Below, piece by piece: positions 1-9,235 of a stretch of 64,000 nt of DNA. The stretch lies in NCBI GenBank assembly GCA_030834985.1, contig JAUQWV010000001.1:192680-256679 (forward strand), given 5' to 3'. The translations under genes and the position numbers were made by a program. This stretch comes from Candidatus Dojkabacteria bacterium. Its GTDB lineage: Bacteria > Patescibacteriota > Dojkabacteria > J137. The notes below the pieces were generated by a model, which was given only the letters and a program-made list of their open reading frames with translations, did not search any database and was not told the origin of the DNA. Each line of letters begins with the position of its first letter. The stretch's first letter is position 1.

Positions 1-960
1 CCTGTAACAGACCAGGCTAAAACAATTACAGCTCTTCTAGAAAATGAGTTAAAAATATTAGGTATTGATACTCATTTAAATACTGAAGTTGTAAAAGCCA
101 TTAAAGGTCCTGACACTTTTGTATTGGATGCCAATACTTTAAATCAGGAAGGTAAAGCTGTTACTACAAATCAATTTCAGTCAAAATATTTAATTATTTC
201 TGCTGGAGGCAAAACTTATCCTGCACTTGGTTCTAATGGCAGTGGTTATTCACTTGCACAAAGCTTTGGCCACTCAATTATCACTCCTGTACCCTCTGCT
301 CTACCTATAGCTACTAAAAATCCATTATCTCAAGAATTACAAGGTGTAAAAATGGAGTTGGAAGTGACTTCTATTATTGAAGGCAATGAAATAAAAACCA
401 GAACAGATGATGTAATGTTTACTCAATACGGCCTTTCTGGCCCTGCTATTTTAAACATTAGCCGTGAGATTTCTATTCATATAAACAGAGAAAATAAAAG
501 TAACGTTCAAGTTAAAATTAACTTTTTTCCAGGTAAAACAGCTAACGATGTTAAGGATATTCTTGGCAAAAGATGGAATAAAAGATCTACTTTAACATTA
601 GAGGAAAGCCTTTTTGGTTTATTCCCAACTAAAATACCTGCCGCATTACTAAAGGTTATTGGATTAGATAAAAATCTACCTGTTAATAAGTTAAGTGAAG
701 AACAGATAAATTTGCTTGTTACTAGTCTTACAAGTTATAAGGTTGAAATTCAAGCTACAAGAGGCTGGAATGAAGCTGAATTTACGGCAGGTGGTATTGA
801 TACTAAAGAGGTCAAAGAAAGCACCCTAGAATCTAAATTAGTGAATGGACTTTATTTTTGTGGAGAGATCTTAGATGTTGATGGTGATGTTGGCGGCTTT
901 AATTTATCTTGGGCTTGGAGTTCAGGAAACACTGCTGGAAAGCTCAAAGGCTCGTTATGA
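1..960 (+). CDS. HI0933-like (YhiN/BaiN family) FAD-dependent flavoprotein, 5'-partial (ORF open from window position 1)
   Basis: Reading frame is continuous from nt 1 with no stop before 960. Motifs SAGGKTYPALGSNGSGYSLAQSFGH and C-terminal GEILDVDGDVGGFNLSWAWSSG match the HI0933 family. Confidence 0.8.
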   Translation, partial: PVTDQAKTITALLENELKILGIDTHLNTEVVKAIKGPDTFVLDANTLNQEGKAVTTNQFQSKYLIISAGGKTYPALGSNGSGYSLAQSFGHSIITPVPSALPIATKNPLSQELQGVKMELEVTSIIEGNEIKTRTDDVMFTQYGLSGPAILNISREISIHINRENKSNVQVKINFFPGKTANDVKDILGKRWNKRSTLTLEESLFGLFPTKIPAALLKVIGLDKNLPVNKLSEEQINLLVTSLTSYKVEIQATRGWNEAEFTAGGIDTKEVKESTLESKLVNGLYFCGEILDVDGDVGGFNLSWAWSSGNTAGKLKGSL

Positions 961-1008
961 TTACGGCATTTCCAGAGTCCCTAAAGCTATTTCATAACGA
1001 GCCGTTTT
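949..1008. terminator. Long-loop hairpin GGCTCGTTATGA/TCATAACGAGCC (12-bp perfect stem) followed by TTTT, between convergent genes
   Basis: Inverted repeat 949-960 / 992-1003, then GTTTTG. The stem overlaps the stop codon of the upstream + gene. Confidence 0.35.
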
Positions 1009-1018
1009 GAGTTGAATT

Positions 1019-1336
1019 CTATTTAAGCACTCTCCAGTTCTCTGCTGTTACTGTTATTTGTGCTTTCGGCTGATTAGTAATTGCAGATATATACGCCTCT
1101 GTTTCTGGTTTTCCTACAACCATTACCATATCGCCTTTTTTAACTTTTTCTAAAGCTGCTTCAGCTTGTTTTCCAAAAACTAAAATGTCGTAAAAGGTAC
1201 TTCTTTCCTCTTTAGTTTTTGAATTATACTCATTCACTGCAAGACTGAATTTAGCAAAAGAAGTCTTCTTCTTTGTTTTGATGCTTTCAGCATCTTTAGT
1301 TGAATGACCTAGCAGTATTAAAGTCTGCATATTCAT
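1019..1336 (-). CDS. ssb: Single-stranded DNA-binding protein, short form (OB fold only, no acidic C-terminal tail)
   Basis: ILLGHSTKD..FSLAVN..ERSTFYDILVFGKQAE..KKGDMVMVVG matches the SSB OB-fold consensus. Confidence 0.75.
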   Translation of the reverse strand: MNMQTLILLGHSTKDAESIKTKKKTSFAKFSLAVNEYNSKTKEERSTFYDILVFGKQAEAALEKVKKGDMVMVVGKPETEAYISAITNQPKAQITVTAENWRVLK

Positions 1337-1398
1337 AATAAGTAAATAAAAAATAATTACTTAATAATATAAATACTGCTTTACAAAGTTATTACATG

Positions 1399-3372
1399 TC
1401 AGATGGACTGAGGTGCGGAAGTTTCGCCTGCTTGAGGAGTATCTACAGCTGCATACATATCTAATTTATCAACTCCAGGGCCACCAGACTGGTTAGATTG
1501 CGTATCTGAATTCTCTTCTTCTGGAGCTAAGGTTGTCTGGCTCAAAGGGTTTTTAAACAGTTCATTTGGATTTGTAGTAATTAAGTTGTGTTCATTTTCG
1601 CTTGCTACAACCTGAAGTGCTACATGATTGGCACCAGCAAAAAAGATGCCCTGTCCAATACCTGCTGCTAATAGGAATTGTTTTTCGCCGTCTGTTAAAT
1701 AAAAGACTTTTTGGAGCTTATCAATAGCAGATGGAGACTGTTTTAGTAGAATCTGCATTGCAGCATTGCTTACAATTGCCTTTCCATAATCAGAAGTTAA
1801 AAAGTCATCGACATCCTGTGTAATAGTTGTTAAACCCAATCCGTATTTTCTAGCCCTTTTAGCGATTGAGTAAACAAACCTAGCGGCATCTTCATGCTGC
1901 ATCATAATCCATGCTTCATCAATTATCAAAAGTCTTCGGCGCTTATCCTTTCTAATTTTAGTCCAGATATAATCCAACATTACATACATTGCCATTGGCC
2001 TTAATTCATCTGTTAGATCTCTAATACTGAATACTGTGAATGTATTATGAATATTCACTGTTGAAGCTCTATCAAACACACCAGCTGCAGAACCTCGAAT
2101 ATACCTTTCCAATGTTCTAGCCATAACATGAGCCTCTTCCTCACTCATTGCATTTAGAATTTTATATAAATCTTCTAAAAGAGGAGGTTCTTTTGTATGC
2201 GTGGAAGGATCTGGCGTAATGCCTTTTTCTTTATATGTCAAAATAAGCGCCCTATCTAGAATTGCTGAACCTTCTGGACTAATAGTGCCTCCTAACATCA
2301 TTCTAATTAATCCTGATAAAGATAGAATCTTAAATCTTAATTCATCTTCATCGGCGCTGAAGATTCCAGATAATTCAAAAGGATTAAGTTTTTGAGCACC
2401 GTCCTGTGAGAATGAAATATATTCACCTCCAACAGCATTGCATAGTCTATCGAATTCTTTTTCAGGGTCGATAATAATAATATCTACCCCAAGCATCAAT
2501 GATCTAACAGCTTCAAGTTTAACAGCGTAAGATTTACCAGCACCGGAGCTAGCTAAAACAACTGAGTTGGCATTCGGTAGCGAGAATCTGTCGAAAATAA
2601 CAAGCGAGCTGTTATGTAAATTAACACCATACAAAACGCCTTTCTCTTGCGTCAATTCTGAACTGACAAATGGAAATGTTGTTGCAATAGCTGTAGTATC
2701 TAAATTTCTTAACATTCCAATCTTGTCAAGACCGTATGGTATGCAACTTTGGAATGCTTCTTCTTGTTGCAATGTTGCAACTTTTACAATTATTCCCAAA
2801 GTTGCCATTGTAGCTTCAAGGTTTTTTGAGATTTTTTCAAGTTCTTCCAGTGAATCAGCGTGTACTGTTACATATAGCGCATACTGAAAGAACTTTTCGT
2901 TACCTGCGGCAAGCTGCTCCTGAAGTGTTAGAGCATCTTCTAGCTGCTGTTTAACAATTGGATCAGCAGCTTGCCCTGATTCCATTTGAATATTGATAGT
3001 AGCCTGCATTTCAGCGATTTTTCTTTTTAAAATCGCTAGTATTTCAGCAGTATCACGCGGGTAATAAAAAGTACTTAAATCTATTGGAAATTCAAAGTTA
3101 ATGATAGGTTCCAGCCAGTTTGGAACAACAACGCTAGGAAAACTTACTGCAAAATATGATCTAAAAAATTTATGACCTATTATTAAGTTATTAAAATTAA
3201 CTTCAATTGCAGAAGGTGCAATAATATCTTTAATATCAATCAGCCCTTTAGTAAATTTTTGAATTGCTTCGTTTTCTTTCCTTAAGGCTTCGGCTTCCTT
3301 TGCAGATATAGGCATTCCCCCTGGCGTTTGAGCTGCTTGTTGTTTTGGTTTTAGGAAATCTAATAATGCCAT
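1399..3372 (-). CDS. VirB4/TrbE/CagE-family (DUF87/HerA-like) DNA-translocation ATPase
   Basis: Walker A VLASSGAGKSY and Walker B RLLIIDEAW. The N-terminal region resembles the VirB4/TrbE N-domain. Length is 657 aa. Confidence 0.7.
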   Translation of the reverse strand: MALLDFLKPKQQAAQTPGGMPISAKEAEALRKENEAIQKFTKGLIDIKDIIAPSAIEVNFNNLIIGHKFFRSYFAVSFPSVVVPNWLEPIINFEFPIDLSTFYYPRDTAEILAILKRKIAEMQATINIQMESGQAADPIVKQQLEDALTLQEQLAAGNEKFFQYALYVTVHADSLEELEKISKNLEATMATLGIIVKVATLQQEEAFQSCIPYGLDKIGMLRNLDTTAIATTFPFVSSELTQEKGVLYGVNLHNSSLVIFDRFSLPNANSVVLASSGAGKSYAVKLEAVRSLMLGVDIIIIDPEKEFDRLCNAVGGEYISFSQDGAQKLNPFELSGIFSADEDELRFKILSLSGLIRMMLGGTISPEGSAILDRALILTYKEKGITPDPSTHTKEPPLLEDLYKILNAMSEEEAHVMARTLERYIRGSAAGVFDRASTVNIHNTFTVFSIRDLTDELRPMAMYVMLDYIWTKIRKDKRRRLLIIDEAWIMMQHEDAARFVYSIAKRARKYGLGLTTITQDVDDFLTSDYGKAIVSNAAMQILLKQSPSAIDKLQKVFYLTDGEKQFLLAAGIGQGIFFAGANHVALQVVASENEHNLITTNPNELFKNPLSQTTLAPEEENSDTQSNQSGGPGVDKLDMYAAVDTPQAGETSAPQSI

Positions 3373-3373
3373 A

Positions 3374-4057
3374 TTAATTTGTTTGTCTTGAACTTATAAT
3401 ACCTGTACCTGCATCACTTTCACGCAGGTTAAGTATTTCTAAACCACTCTTATCAGGTTCATAAACCGAATAGAAAAGCTTAATTAATTCATCATTTTCT
3501 AGTTGCTTTGCTGCAATTCCCATATTTCCATAGTTTTTAATTATTGTGTCTCGCTTAGGAATAAGCTCTTCTTTTGCCTTTTTTAAAAGTTGATTAATAT
3601 TAACTAATCTTTCTTGTCGCCCAAAAATCTGCTTAATAAAGCTTGTTGTAACAATAGGTAGCTGTAAGGATGGAATAACTGTATAAAACCTTTTATCTAA
3701 TATCTGTGTCGTTTCTGTTAGGTTATGGATAAAATCCTGATAGATGCTGACCTGGTTTATTATCGGCTCCGAAGTAATCTTATTCTTATATTCATCTAGT
3801 AGTGATAAATATTTTGCAATATCAGTTCGTTGGGTTCTAATTACAATCTGAATTGGAAATCGAATTGAGTTTAAAAATGCTGCAAATGAATAGATCTTTG
3901 CATCCTGCTCTTGAGAATCTAATAAGTCAAAGTTGATGGAAGTAGTTTCAATTACACAAGCAACTCTTCCGTTTTTTAATATTACATAATCATCTCTTAT
4001 GTCTTCTATATCAAGGTGTTCCTGTGTGCTTAATTTTCTACCGTCAAAAATACCCAT
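3374..4057 (-). CDS. Hypothetical protein resembling the N-terminal domain of VirB4/TrbE; translationally coupled to the ATPase with a 1-nt gap
   Basis: DDYVILKNGRVACVIETTSINFDLLDSQEQDAKIYSFAAFLNS resembles TrbE/VirB4 N-terminal (f)LTKDGSLxAGFExxGPDLDSATDAELN...LN. No transmembrane segment. Confidence 0.5.
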   Translation of the reverse strand: MGIFDGRKLSTQEHLDIEDIRDDYVILKNGRVACVIETTSINFDLLDSQEQDAKIYSFAAFLNSIRFPIQIVIRTQRTDIAKYLSLLDEYKNKITSEPIINQVSIYQDFIHNLTETTQILDKRFYTVIPSLQLPIVTTSFIKQIFGRQERLVNINQLLKKAKEELIPKRDTIIKNYGNMGIAAKQLENDELIKLFYSVYEPDKSGLEILNLRESDAGTGIISSRQTN

Positions 4058-4104
4058 GTTTATGAATTAACCTCTTTATATCCTATTGTTTAATTACATT
4101 AAAG

Positions 4105-5328
4105 TCAATATCTTTCTAGTATACACAAGCATTCTATGTGATATGTCTGCGGAAACATATCAAAGGCTTTTAAATCTATAATTTTATATTGATTACTTAA
4201 TTTTTGAATATCATAAGCTAATGTAATAGGATTACAAGATACGTATATTACGTATTTAGAACTGATATCTAAAACATTAGAAACACCTTTATCCTCTAAT
4301 CCGGTTCTAGGCGGATCAACTATTGTTACACTATCTGTATCTTTTGGCAGAACAAGATTCTTAATATCAAAACATTTAAAGTCAGCATTATTTATTTTAT
4401 TAAGTTTTTGGTTTTGTATTGCTAAATCTATACTATCCTGAACTATTTCAATACCTTTAACACTTTTAAATTTATTAGCTAATGATATACCTAACACACC
4501 AACACCGCAGTAAAGATCGTATAAATTTAACTGAGCAGTATTAAATTTAATTAGTATAGAATCAATATATTCAAGTAGCTTTTGGAATCCAAAAATATTA
4601 TTTTGAAAAAATGTAAATGGACCAGCCAAAAACATGAATATCTTATTATTGAAGTGAATATTAATTTTTAGGTATTCTTGACCTTCAAATTTACTAATTT
4701 TGCCTTCAAAGCTGTCGTGTAGCGAGTTATTAACTAGCCAATAGACACTATTAAAACCCTGCTTTATTGCAAAATCTATAACTTCATTAAAACGTTTATC
4801 CTTGTTGTATGAAGTTATTATTAACATTGACTGATCTTGGTAATGTTTTACTGTTAAATACCTCAGATCACCTATTTGCTTTTTTAAATCATAACTATTT
4901 AGTCCTAGACTTAGGGAGTAATCATATACTCTTCTGATTTTATTAAAAATTGCCTTATCAATTAAAATATATTCATCTAAATCTATAACCCAATTGAAAT
5001 TACCTTTTTTACGTTGGCCTAACCTATTAATCGGTTCAAACTTTGGATTAAAGCTGGCAACAAATTCTGCCTTGAAACGGTATTCTGTAATTTTAGGGGA
5101 ACTGATAATATCAAAGTCACTTAAAATATCTTCTTGTACGATATTTTTAAATAAACTTAGTAAAGCCTCTTTTTTTATTTCTAACTGTTTGACGTAAGGG
5201 ATATTTTCTAATTGAGTTGAGCCTATCTGATTTGCAAATTTACTTGGCTCTACGAGTTTATCTTTATTATTTAATCTAAATTCATTGGTCTTAGAAGCAA
5301 GTAAATGCTCAAGCTCTTTTGAAGTCAT
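4105..5328 (-). CDS. TrmA/RlmD (RumA)-family SAM-dependent RNA (uracil-5)-methyltransferase, lacking the N-terminal Fe-S/TRAM cysteines
   Basis: Motifs DLYCGVGVLG, VDPPRTG, YVSCNP and FDMFPQTYHIE. Confidence 0.8.
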   Translation of the reverse strand: MTSKELEHLLASKTNEFRLNNKDKLVEPSKFANQIGSTQLENIPYVKQLEIKKEALLSLFKNIVQEDILSDFDIISSPKITEYRFKAEFVASFNPKFEPINRLGQRKKGNFNWVIDLDEYILIDKAIFNKIRRVYDYSLSLGLNSYDLKKQIGDLRYLTVKHYQDQSMLIITSYNKDKRFNEVIDFAIKQGFNSVYWLVNNSLHDSFEGKISKFEGQEYLKINIHFNNKIFMFLAGPFTFFQNNIFGFQKLLEYIDSILIKFNTAQLNLYDLYCGVGVLGISLANKFKSVKGIEIVQDSIDLAIQNQKLNKINNADFKCFDIKNLVLPKDTDSVTIVDPPRTGLEDKGVSNVLDISSKYVIYVSCNPITLAYDIQKLSNQYKIIDLKAFDMFPQTYHIECLCILERY

Positions 5329-5336
5329 AAGAATGC

Positions 5337-5726
5337 TTAGTCTGCCAATTCGCCAATATAGTATGTACTTAATTGGTTTTCTTCAGCTTTGCCATGCTGG
5401 CCTTGGTTAAATATAAATGTCACATCCTGACCACATCTGGATTCTATCTCATTTCTTCCACCTGGATGTTCACATATCCATGAAGCAGGAATTCTATACA
5501 CCTTATCTTCATAAATAACAAAACAAGACTGGATAGTATTATTGGCGCGGACAGTACTTAATGATATTTCACTGCCTACTGAGAAGCTAAGTGGCGGAGT
5601 ATTTGCATCACTACATAAAGCATCACCACTATTTAAATTATTAAACGTACCTGATTGCTGCAGGATTAAAAATCCTGCAGCACCTACAATTCCGATTAGT
5701 AATATTATTGCAATTACTTTTCCCAT
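5337..5726 (-). CDS. Membrane-anchored cytochrome b5-like heme-binding domain protein
   Basis: N-terminal transmembrane helix. HPGG motif (CEHPGGRNEIESRCGQDVTFIFNQGQHG) with a second His about 24 aa downstream. Confidence 0.55.
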   Translation of the reverse strand: MGKVIAIILLIGIVGAAGFLILQQSGTFNNLNSGDALCSDANTPPLSFSVGSEISLSTVRANNTIQSCFVIYEDKVYRIPASWICEHPGGRNEIESRCGQDVTFIFNQGQHGKAEENQLSTYYIGELAD

Positions 5727-5729
5727 AGT

Positions 5730-6596
5730 TTAATTAGCTAAAGCAGATTCTACTACAGACTGCATATCAGTGTAGCTATAAGCTCCTGCAAAATTAGTAT
5801 TGTTTACAAAGAATCCTGGCGTTCCAGAGACTCCTAGTGCCATTCCTGAGCTCTGATCTATACTTAATTTGCTGTCATATCTTCCACTATCTAAACATTC
5901 TTTTAGTGAGTTAGCATCTAAAGAACCACCTAAGAAATTAGCAAGGTCTCCAGATTTAGTTTTATCATTCATAACAGAGTTATTTAGTAGGTTATAACCT
6001 GCGTTTGAGTATAGTAAGTCATGAGCTTCCCAGAATTTACCCTGTTCATCAGCACAGTAAAGAGCTTTTGAGCCCATTTCACCATTACCGTGTCCGTTTG
6101 TATAGAACCAAGCATATGCTGCTTTGCCTTCATCAACTAGTTTTTTAAATTCAACTACAGGAGCAACATATGTTCCGCCATCAGTAACTAACTGGAACGA
6201 TGCACCTGCGCTTCTGTTAATTTCAGGATCTTTACCACCGGCTATATGGCAGTATGGACAAGAAGGATCTGAAAATTCTACAAATAACACCTTACTGTTT
6301 GGATCACCAAATGTTAAGTTGCTTTGATCATCAAATAAAGCTCTGATTTGCTCTTGAGTTACAGTCCCGGTGGTACCAGCTGTTGTGCCTGTTGTAGTAG
6401 TTGTTGCACCAGCTGTTGTTCCTGTAGTAGTTACCCCACCTTTAAGAGTTGTAGCTAAATTATTAAAACCGATCAACAAGCTCGATGCAATAATCACTGC
6501 TGAAAGCAATATTGAAATTGGTACAACAAATGGCTGAATGTTGATTGTTACCACATCTTCTTCAACATTTGTCTTTATGGGCTTTGTTTCGCTCAT
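5730..6596 (-). CDS. Membrane-anchored DsbA/BdbD-like thiol:disulfide oxidoreductase with a Thr/Gly-rich linker
   Basis: CPYC active site in a thioredoxin-like context. N-terminal transmembrane helix. Linker GGVTTTGTTAGATTTTTGTTAGTTGTV is encoded by repetitive DNA. Confidence 0.75.
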   Translation of the reverse strand: MSETKPIKTNVEEDVVTINIQPFVVPISILLSAVIIASSLLIGFNNLATTLKGGVTTTGTTAGATTTTTGTTAGTTGTVTQEQIRALFDDQSNLTFGDPNSKVLFVEFSDPSCPYCHIAGGKDPEINRSAGASFQLVTDGGTYVAPVVEFKKLVDEGKAAYAWFYTNGHGNGEMGSKALYCADEQGKFWEAHDLLYSNAGYNLLNNSVMNDKTKSGDLANFLGGSLDANSLKECLDSGRYDSKLSIDQSSGMALGVSGTPGFFVNNTNFAGAYSYTDMQSVVESALAN

Positions 6597-6718
6597 AAAT
6601 ATAAAATAAGAAATAAATATTAACTAAAATGTTTGCACATTTAATCTAAATGAATTTAATTGAAATATATGAATTTAATATGAACAATACAGATGAAGAT
6701 GCAAAATAGAAACTTAAA

Positions 6719-9235
6719 TTACTTCTTTAGCTTTTCTATTTCTGTAGCTAACATTTCTATGTACATTGCATAACCTATTATAGAGATAAATCCGCTCTGT
6801 TGTTCACCTAATAAAGATCCAGCTCCACGAATTTCAAGATCTCTGCTTGCGACTCTAAAACCTGAGCCTAAATCTTGATTATCAACTATTGCTTGTAAAC
6901 GTTCAACGTATTTTCTATACATAGCCTTTTTAAGTTTTTCATCTTCAATTTTAGATTCATCAAGTTGTGCTTCTAACGTTTTGCCTGAGTACATTAAATA
7001 ACAGTAAGCTTCTTTTTCTGATCGGCCGACACGACCGCGCAGTTGGTATAACTGGGAAAGCCCGAACGTGTCGGCCTTATTAATAACAATCGTATTTACA
7101 TTAGGTAAGTCTAGTCCGTTTTCGATAATTGTAGTTGCAATTAAACAATCATATTTTTTATTAAAGAAATCAGTCATTACTCTGTCTAATTCAGCAGCAC
7201 TCATTTGTCCATGGCCAACAGCAAATTTTATTCCTGGTAGTAAGTTTTCTAATCTTGCTTTTATAGATTGTATTGTGTTTACCTCGTTATGAACAAAATA
7301 AACCTGGCCGCCTCTTTCTACTTCAAAAGCAATAGCTTTTGTAGCCTTATTCCAATTATCTTTAATAATTTCAGTATGAATAGGTTTTCTATCTTTAGGT
7401 GGCTGTGAAATAATTGAAATTTCTTGTATTGATGATAAAGCCATGCTCAAAGTTCTTGGAATTGGTGTTGCGCTTACACTTAAAACATGGACTCCATAAT
7501 TTATTTTTTTAATCTTTTCTTTTTGTTTAACACCAAAACGCTGCTCTTCATCAACAATCAAAAGCTGTAAATTTTTGAATTTGACATCACTACTTAATAG
7601 TCTGTGAGTACCAATTACAATATCAATTTGTCCCGCGTTTAGTCGGTCTATAATATCTCTATTTTCCTTTGCAGTATTAAATCTAGATAAATATGCAATT
7701 TTATAATCAAACGATTTAAATCTTTCTCTAAATACTGCAAAGTGTTGAGAAGTTAAAATAGTAGTGGGTGCTAGCACAGCAACTTGGCCTCCGCTTTCAA
7801 CAATTTTAAATGCAGCTCGCATAAAAACTTCTGTTTTCCCAAATCCGACATCCCCGACTAAAAGTCTATTCATTGGCTTTTCTTTTTCAAGATCATTTAT
7901 TATTTCATTAACTGCTCTCTGCTGATCTTCAGTTTCTTTATATTTAAATTCATCTACAAATTTTAAGTAATCATTTGAGTCTATATTTTCTATTGCATCT
8001 GCTTTTGCAAGTTCTCGTAAGGCATAGTGTCGTACAAGCTCTTTAGCTAAAATTTTTGTTGTAGCTTTAACTTTATCTTTGGCTTTTTCCCAGACTCCTT
8101 TGCCCAACTTTGTTAACTTTGGCTGCAAGTTATCTGGTCCTATATACTTAGTAATCTTGTCGACTTGATGTATTGGGACTAAAAGCTGGTCATTATTTGC
8201 ATATGTTAAAAGTAGGTATTCCATTGTTGCTCCTTCAACCTCTTCCTGTGTTAGTCCTGAATAGATTGCAACACCGTAATCTTGATGTACTACATAGTCG
8301 CCAATTTCGATATTACCTTCAAACTGTCTTAATAATCGCTTTATGTTATTTGAATCATCTATTGTTCTTTCTGGCCTTGTTAAAAAAATACTTCCAAATA
8401 GTTCGCGATCAGTTAGATACACTAATTTGTACTCTTTGGTGATAAAACCGGCAGGTAATGTAGTAATTTGTAATTGTTCTAAGAAATTTTGAGTGAATGT
8501 ATCATTAATATTTTTTAGCTCGTCTAAATTACTTGAGTTAGTGTATTCAATTAGATTATCTGTAATATGGTCTATGTTTTTTGTAGACATGAATACTTTA
8601 TACCCGTTAGTTATATAGTTTTTAATTTCTTTTTCTAAAATATCTAACCTTGAATAATATAAATTGGGGTATTGAAAATCAGTTTTAACTATTTCGTAAT
8701 CTTCGCTTTTTTCTGCCAACAATCCAGCAGAAAAGATAATGCGTTTATATTCTTTTATTGAATAGTTATGATTATGACTGATTTTTATAGAGTCAAGCTC
8801 TGATCTATCTTCTAGGTTGAATTTGCTTAGGGGTATATATTCGATGTCATGGAGTTTTTTGGAGTAGTTCTCGTCTATTAAATACATTTTTTCAAGCTCA
8901 TCTCCAAAAAACTCCATACGAATTGGATGATCAAATCCTACAGGCCAGATACTAATCATATCACCTTTAACAGAGAATTCATTCTTCTGCGTAACAGTAT
9001 CTACTCTATTAATATATGATTTTGAAATTAAATCTGCAATGTTTCTAAATGTTATATTTTCCTTAGAAATGACTTCAAGCTCCTCAAGAAACCTTAGAGT
9101 ATATGGAGAGTTTATATTCGTGTATATAGTTAAATATTTCTTATCAATAAAGAAATTATTTAAATGAGGAAGTGTTTTAACAAACTTTATCGGTGCAATC
9201 ATATATGCTGCACTTATAGAACTTTTCTCAGCCAC
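6719..9235 (-). CDS. mfd: Transcription-repair coupling factor Mfd, N-terminally reduced at 838 aa
   Basis: Helicase motifs GDVGFGKTEV, DEEQRFGV, SATPIPRTL. C-terminal TRCF domain LEIRGAGSLLGEQQSGF. D2-like FSVKGDMISIWP...HPIRMEFFGDE. GTG start that overlaps the uvrA end. Confidence 0.85.
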   Translation of the reverse strand: MAEKSSISAAYMIAPIKFVKTLPHLNNFFIDKKYLTIYTNINSPYTLRFLEELEVISKENITFRNIADLISKSYINRVDTVTQKNEFSVKGDMISIWPVGFDHPIRMEFFGDELEKMYLIDENYSKKLHDIEYIPLSKFNLEDRSELDSIKISHNHNYSIKEYKRIIFSAGLLAEKSEDYEIVKTDFQYPNLYYSRLDILEKEIKNYITNGYKVFMSTKNIDHITDNLIEYTNSSNLDELKNINDTFTQNFLEQLQITTLPAGFITKEYKLVYLTDRELFGSIFLTRPERTIDDSNNIKRLLRQFEGNIEIGDYVVHQDYGVAIYSGLTQEEVEGATMEYLLLTYANNDQLLVPIHQVDKITKYIGPDNLQPKLTKLGKGVWEKAKDKVKATTKILAKELVRHYALRELAKADAIENIDSNDYLKFVDEFKYKETEDQQRAVNEIINDLEKEKPMNRLLVGDVGFGKTEVFMRAAFKIVESGGQVAVLAPTTILTSQHFAVFRERFKSFDYKIAYLSRFNTAKENRDIIDRLNAGQIDIVIGTHRLLSSDVKFKNLQLLIVDEEQRFGVKQKEKIKKINYGVHVLSVSATPIPRTLSMALSSIQEISIISQPPKDRKPIHTEIIKDNWNKATKAIAFEVERGGQVYFVHNEVNTIQSIKARLENLLPGIKFAVGHGQMSAAELDRVMTDFFNKKYDCLIATTIIENGLDLPNVNTIVINKADTFGLSQLYQLRGRVGRSEKEAYCYLMYSGKTLEAQLDESKIEDEKLKKAMYRKYVERLQAIVDNQDLGSGFRVASRDLEIRGAGSLLGEQQSGFISIIGYAMYIEMLATEIEKLKK

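Noticed and set aside
2201-2887. Small + strand ORFs (64 and 106 aa) inside the VirB4-like gene
   Set aside because: They are antisense to a well-supported large CDS with low-complexity composition. This is typical of shadow ORFs in AT-rich DNA.
1019-6596. VirB4/SSB block as an integrative conjugative element
   Set aside because: There is no integrase, relaxase, coupling protein or attachment repeats. Flanking genes are housekeeping. GC and codon style look native.
4994-8442. Antisense ORFs 4994-5197, 5542-5733, 6124-6327, 7068-7292 and 8173-8442
   Set aside because: All lie within and opposite to confidently called genes (RlmD-like, cytochrome b5-like, DsbA, mfd). They have no motifs.
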